The notes beneath the pieces are model-generated. The model saw only the letters and a list, made by a program, of their open reading frames with translations. It was not told the DNA's origin and searched no databases. From IMG/VR virus record IMGVR_UViG_3300006754_000019, positions 1 to 56,916 of that record: 56,916 nt of DNA; one strand, 5' to 3'. Numbering within the stretch: position 1 is the stretch's first letter; each line of letters opens with the position of its first letter. Source of the DNA: a virus. Taxonomy: Duplodnaviria; Caudoviricetes. A program made the translations under genes and the position numbers. Of the stretch, positions 55,947 through 56,916 are shown in pieces.

Positions 55947-56916
55947 TTAAAATTTATAAAATTTACCTTCAAATGCTTTTGCATCACCCTTCTCTGAAAC
56001 CGTGTGACCAGTATTTCCGCTATCTGTGAATATAGCACCATTACCTGTTGGATTATCAGCTATTGCATTGCCATTTTCTGAAACCGTGTGACCAGTATTT
56101 CCTGAATCTGTAAATGTAGCACCACTACCAGTTGTTCCTGTCTTACTTTCATCTCCATGTATGAGAAGGAGGGTGTTAGAATCACTTGTATAGCGTTCTG
56201 TTGGTGGTGTAAAATCACTTGTCCACCTTGCTGTGTCGGAAATACGAAACTCATCTATAAGCCCTGTATAATCAAAACCTAGAGAATCAAGTGTTCCTAT
56301 CTGCTGAGCAGCAACGGCATCTCCTAGACTTCCATTTATAACATTTGGGGTTCCCTCTTCTGTGCCATCTACAAATAACCTCATAGTGTTTCCGTCTCTG
56401 ACCATAGCTACATGATGCCACACACCATCATTAACTGATGTGGTACTTGTAACCGATTCATCAATCCCACTTGTCGTAGGGTATACTCTAAGGTTTAATT
56501 TGTTTGCGGTAGAATTATTAATGGCTAAACCCATTAAGCCACTCCCAGCGGAAGTTGCCATTCCGTTATAAAAAAGGTATAGATTCCCTGTGTCCGTTGT
56601 TTTTATCCATGCTTCTACGGTAAAGTCATTAGTACCATAATTAAAATCTGAATGTGCAGGAACAGTTAAAAAATCATTTGTACCATCAAAGCTATAAACA
56701 ATGCTATTATCATCGTCAGCAAAAGGAGACTTACTTTCATTTCCATGTATGAGAAGGAGGGTGTTAGAATCACTTGTATGGCGTTCTGTTGGTACTGTAA
56801 TCGTATCAGTTGTTCCTACCACAGGAGAAGCACTAAAAGAATTTGTATTAGTTATTCGGACTTCAGTCATTTTGCCATCAAAAGGATTAGATGACCCATC
56901 GCCTCTTACTCCAAGA
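55947..56916 (-). CDS. LamG (concanavalin A-like) domain tail fibre/virion protein, N-terminus beyond window
   Basis: FDGTNDF, FTVEAWI, WHHVAMVR, IDEFRISDTARW; frame stays open to the window end. Confidence 0.85.
   Translation of the reverse strand, partial: LGVRGDGSSNPFDGKMTEVRITNTNSFSASPVVGTTDTITVPTERHTSDSNTLLLIHGNESKSPFADDDNSIVYSFDGTNDFLTVPAHSDFNYGTNDFTVEAWIKTTDTGNLYLFYNGMATSAGSGLMGLAINNSTANKLNLRVYPTTSGIDESVTSTTSVNDGVWHHVAMVRDGNTMRLFVDGTEEGTPNVINGSLGDAVAAQQIGTLDSLGFDYTGLIDEFRISDTARWTSDFTPPTERYTSDSNTLLLIHGDESKTGTTGSGATFTDSGNTGHTVSENGNAIADNPTGNGAIFTDSGNTGHTVSEKGDAKAFEGKFYKF
56142..56793. repeat. 64-bp near-identical internal repeat (56142-56205, 56730-56793)
   Basis: Two mismatches; encodes PTER[YH]TSDSNTLLLIHG[DN]ESK. 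Confidence 0.85.

Noticed and set aside
56142-56793. Diversity-generating retroelement TR/VR pair
   Set aside because: Both copies are in frame in one gene, the two mismatches are not both at adenines, and no reverse transcriptase is in the window.

Overview
Most of a tailed dsDNA phage genome (siphovirus-like); the tail-tip genes are cut at both window ends. The minus-strand late arm (1-26714) carries terminase, DUF1073-type portal, MuF with a C-terminal extension, DUF2213 protease, capsid, neck, tail tube, a frameshifted chaperone pair, tape measure and lambda M/L/K-like tail-tip genes. A nine-gene sugar/sulfate-modifying cassette is inserted between the capsid and head-tail connector genes. 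A structured non-coding region (~26.9-27.5 kb) separates the arms. The plus-strand arm (27481-54673) has small early genes preceded by a repeated hairpin+SD element, then a sigma-like factor, helicases, primase, an initiator with iterons, a DNA-modification cassette, sliding clamp, split UDG-exo/PolA polymerase, clamp loader and a T4-like recombination set. The strongest signal is the DNA-modification cassette (Mom-like GNAT, T4 beta-glucosyltransferase homolog, sulfotransferase, second Mom-like GNAT). The 3' end of the first Mom-like gene contains a non-canonical, CCA-ending tRNA-Gly-like cloverleaf that could be a dedicated glycyl donor. No integrase, repressor, endolysin or hydroxymethylase was recognised. 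All family calls come from motifs recognised by eye; no database searches were run.
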